IMG/VR virus record: IMGVR_UViG_3300034200_002321 | Direction: 5' to 3' (one strand) | DNA from: an uncultured virus (IMG/VR IMGVR_UViG_3300034200_002321) | Taxonomy: Duplodnaviria; Heunggongvirae; Uroviricota; Caudoviricetes | Length of the DNA: 64,000 bases | Shown: in pieces, positions 62,977-64,000 of the stretch | How the letters are laid out: each line of letters starts with the position of its first letter | How positions within the stretch are numbered: the stretch's first letter is position 1 | Notes under the pieces: model-generated | The model's input: the letters and a program-made list of their open reading frames with translations, nothing else | Told to the model about the DNA's origin: nothing | The model's database searches: none | Position numbers and translations under genes: made by a program

Positions 62977-64000
62977 TTCCCGTACCTCCGCATCGCCTTC
63001 GTCTCACAGGCCACCTGCAGGCCTGCCGCCCAGCCTGGCGTCTCGCACATCAGCTGATCAAACCTGTCGACAGGCAGTGGCGAGTCAGACACCACCTCAT
63101 CGTGGACGCTGAGGACGACAGGGTACCCCGCGTTTTCAACTCGCTGGATCGCCTGCTTCAACAGGTCACAGGCCACAGCCTGCGTGATGTTTTCCGCAAT
63201 CGTGCCGCCCCATGTCGACTGGACAGCCCATTTGTGAGTAACAGAGTCTTCGGCCCAGTAGTAGCACTCATACCCCGCCCCCCGCCCTCCCCTTCTCGGC
63301 ACCTCTTCGACACCAGCACGCTGATACCACAGTAGCCGACCGCTGGGCAGCTGAATGACAAGGGCTTTCCTCTGTTCGTCGTAGAAGAATACACACTTCC
63401 CGGCGTGCACTGCTGTCTTCTTGACCACAGAGCGAACCCATGCCGCTTCGTACACTCTCCACAGTGCCGGGATCTCTTTATACGTCGTGCGGTACAGGTC
63501 GACGATAGCTTTGCTTCTATCGTCCTCCAGCTTCCAGTTGTATGGCGGCAACGCTGCTGTTGCCTGAAACTTACTGGGCTGGCCATTCCGGGCAGTGCCG
63601 CCCATCCCGTATTGGAGTGCCAGCACGGCAACTTTACCTAGTTGTCGCTCAGGGGCCGACTTTGCAATTGAGTCTTCGGCGACCCCAAAAATCCTAGCCG
63701 CAAACTGCCGGTACGGACAACGTTTCTCCATGAACGCGCGCTGCATCATCTCGCAATCCGCAAGCCAAGCGACAGCCCTTGCCTCAATAGCATTAAAGTC
63801 GCTGACGAGCAGCATGTTGCCGGGTGACGGAAGCAGCAGTGTCCGGATCGCATTGCTGATTCGCTGCAGCGGTTTTCCAGGCAAACGCTCCCCCCGTCGC
63901 AGAGTCTCGTGCAGCTTCTCTGCTTCCTCCTCTTTTGGCACGTCCCTGGGCAGGTTGTGCGGCTGCCACCCTCGGCCAGCCCATCGACCTGTGCTGGCGC
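62973..64000 (-). CDS. Family A DNA polymerase (5' part outside the window)
   Basis: TGRWAG..QPHNLPR, motif A SDFNAIEAR, motif B RQLGK...LQYG, motif C VHDEV; frame open to the edge. Confidence 0.92.
   Translation of the reverse strand, partial: ASTGRWAGRGWQPHNLPRDVPKEEEAEKLHETLRRGERLPGKPLQRISNAIRTLLLPSPGNMLLVSDFNAIEARAVAWLADCEMMQRAFMEKRCPYRQFAARIFGVAEDSIAKSAPERQLGKVAVLALQYGMGGTARNGQPSKFQATAALPPYNWKLEDDRSKAIVDLYRTTYKEIPALWRVYEAAWVRSVVKKTAVHAGKCVFFYDEQRKALVIQLPSGRLLWYQRAGVEEVPRRGGRGAGYECYYWAEDSVTHKWAVQSTWGGTIAENITQAVACDLLKQAIQRVENAGYPVVLSVHDEVVSDSPLPVDRFDQLMCETPGWAAGLQVACETKAMRRYGK

Overview
The window looks like almost the whole genome of a tailed dsDNA phage. I infer a Planctomycetota/PVC host from gene content only. 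The minus strand from 40.3 kb down to 1 carries a Prim-Pol primase, an unusual serine recombinase with two catalytic domains, scaffold, major capsid, terminase, portal, head-tail and tail genes, Cys-rich tail-tip paralogs, a PRTase-HAD fusion, large ejection-like proteins, a holin/DUF1353/thioredoxin block, and a DUF2800 exonuclease. A family A DNA polymerase, VRR-NUC nuclease and SNF2 helicase lie at the right edge. These probably continue the DUF2800 module across a circular junction just outside the window. The plus strand from 40.9 to 61 kb is an accessory/early region: DUF1599, a C5-MTase-like gene, thermonuclease, tRNA-Tyr, sulfotransferase, GNAT, Gp88-like, CsrA-like and many small ORFs. 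The most striking signals: (1) eight copies of a fixed-spacing intergenic element (GCAG-N8-GACTG, hairpin, T-tract, RBS) that split the early region into cassette-like units, one copy lying inside a ~460-bp duplication; (2) the tandem serine recombinase with a convergent excisionase-like HTH gene; (3) a 17/18-bp quasi-palindromic direct repeat bracketing a 4.2-kb accessory block; (4) a 25-aa peptide identical in two large virion-like proteins, differing only at synonymous sites. Family names come from motif recognition by eye, not database searches. Several starts were moved from the ORF track to RBS-supported codons.
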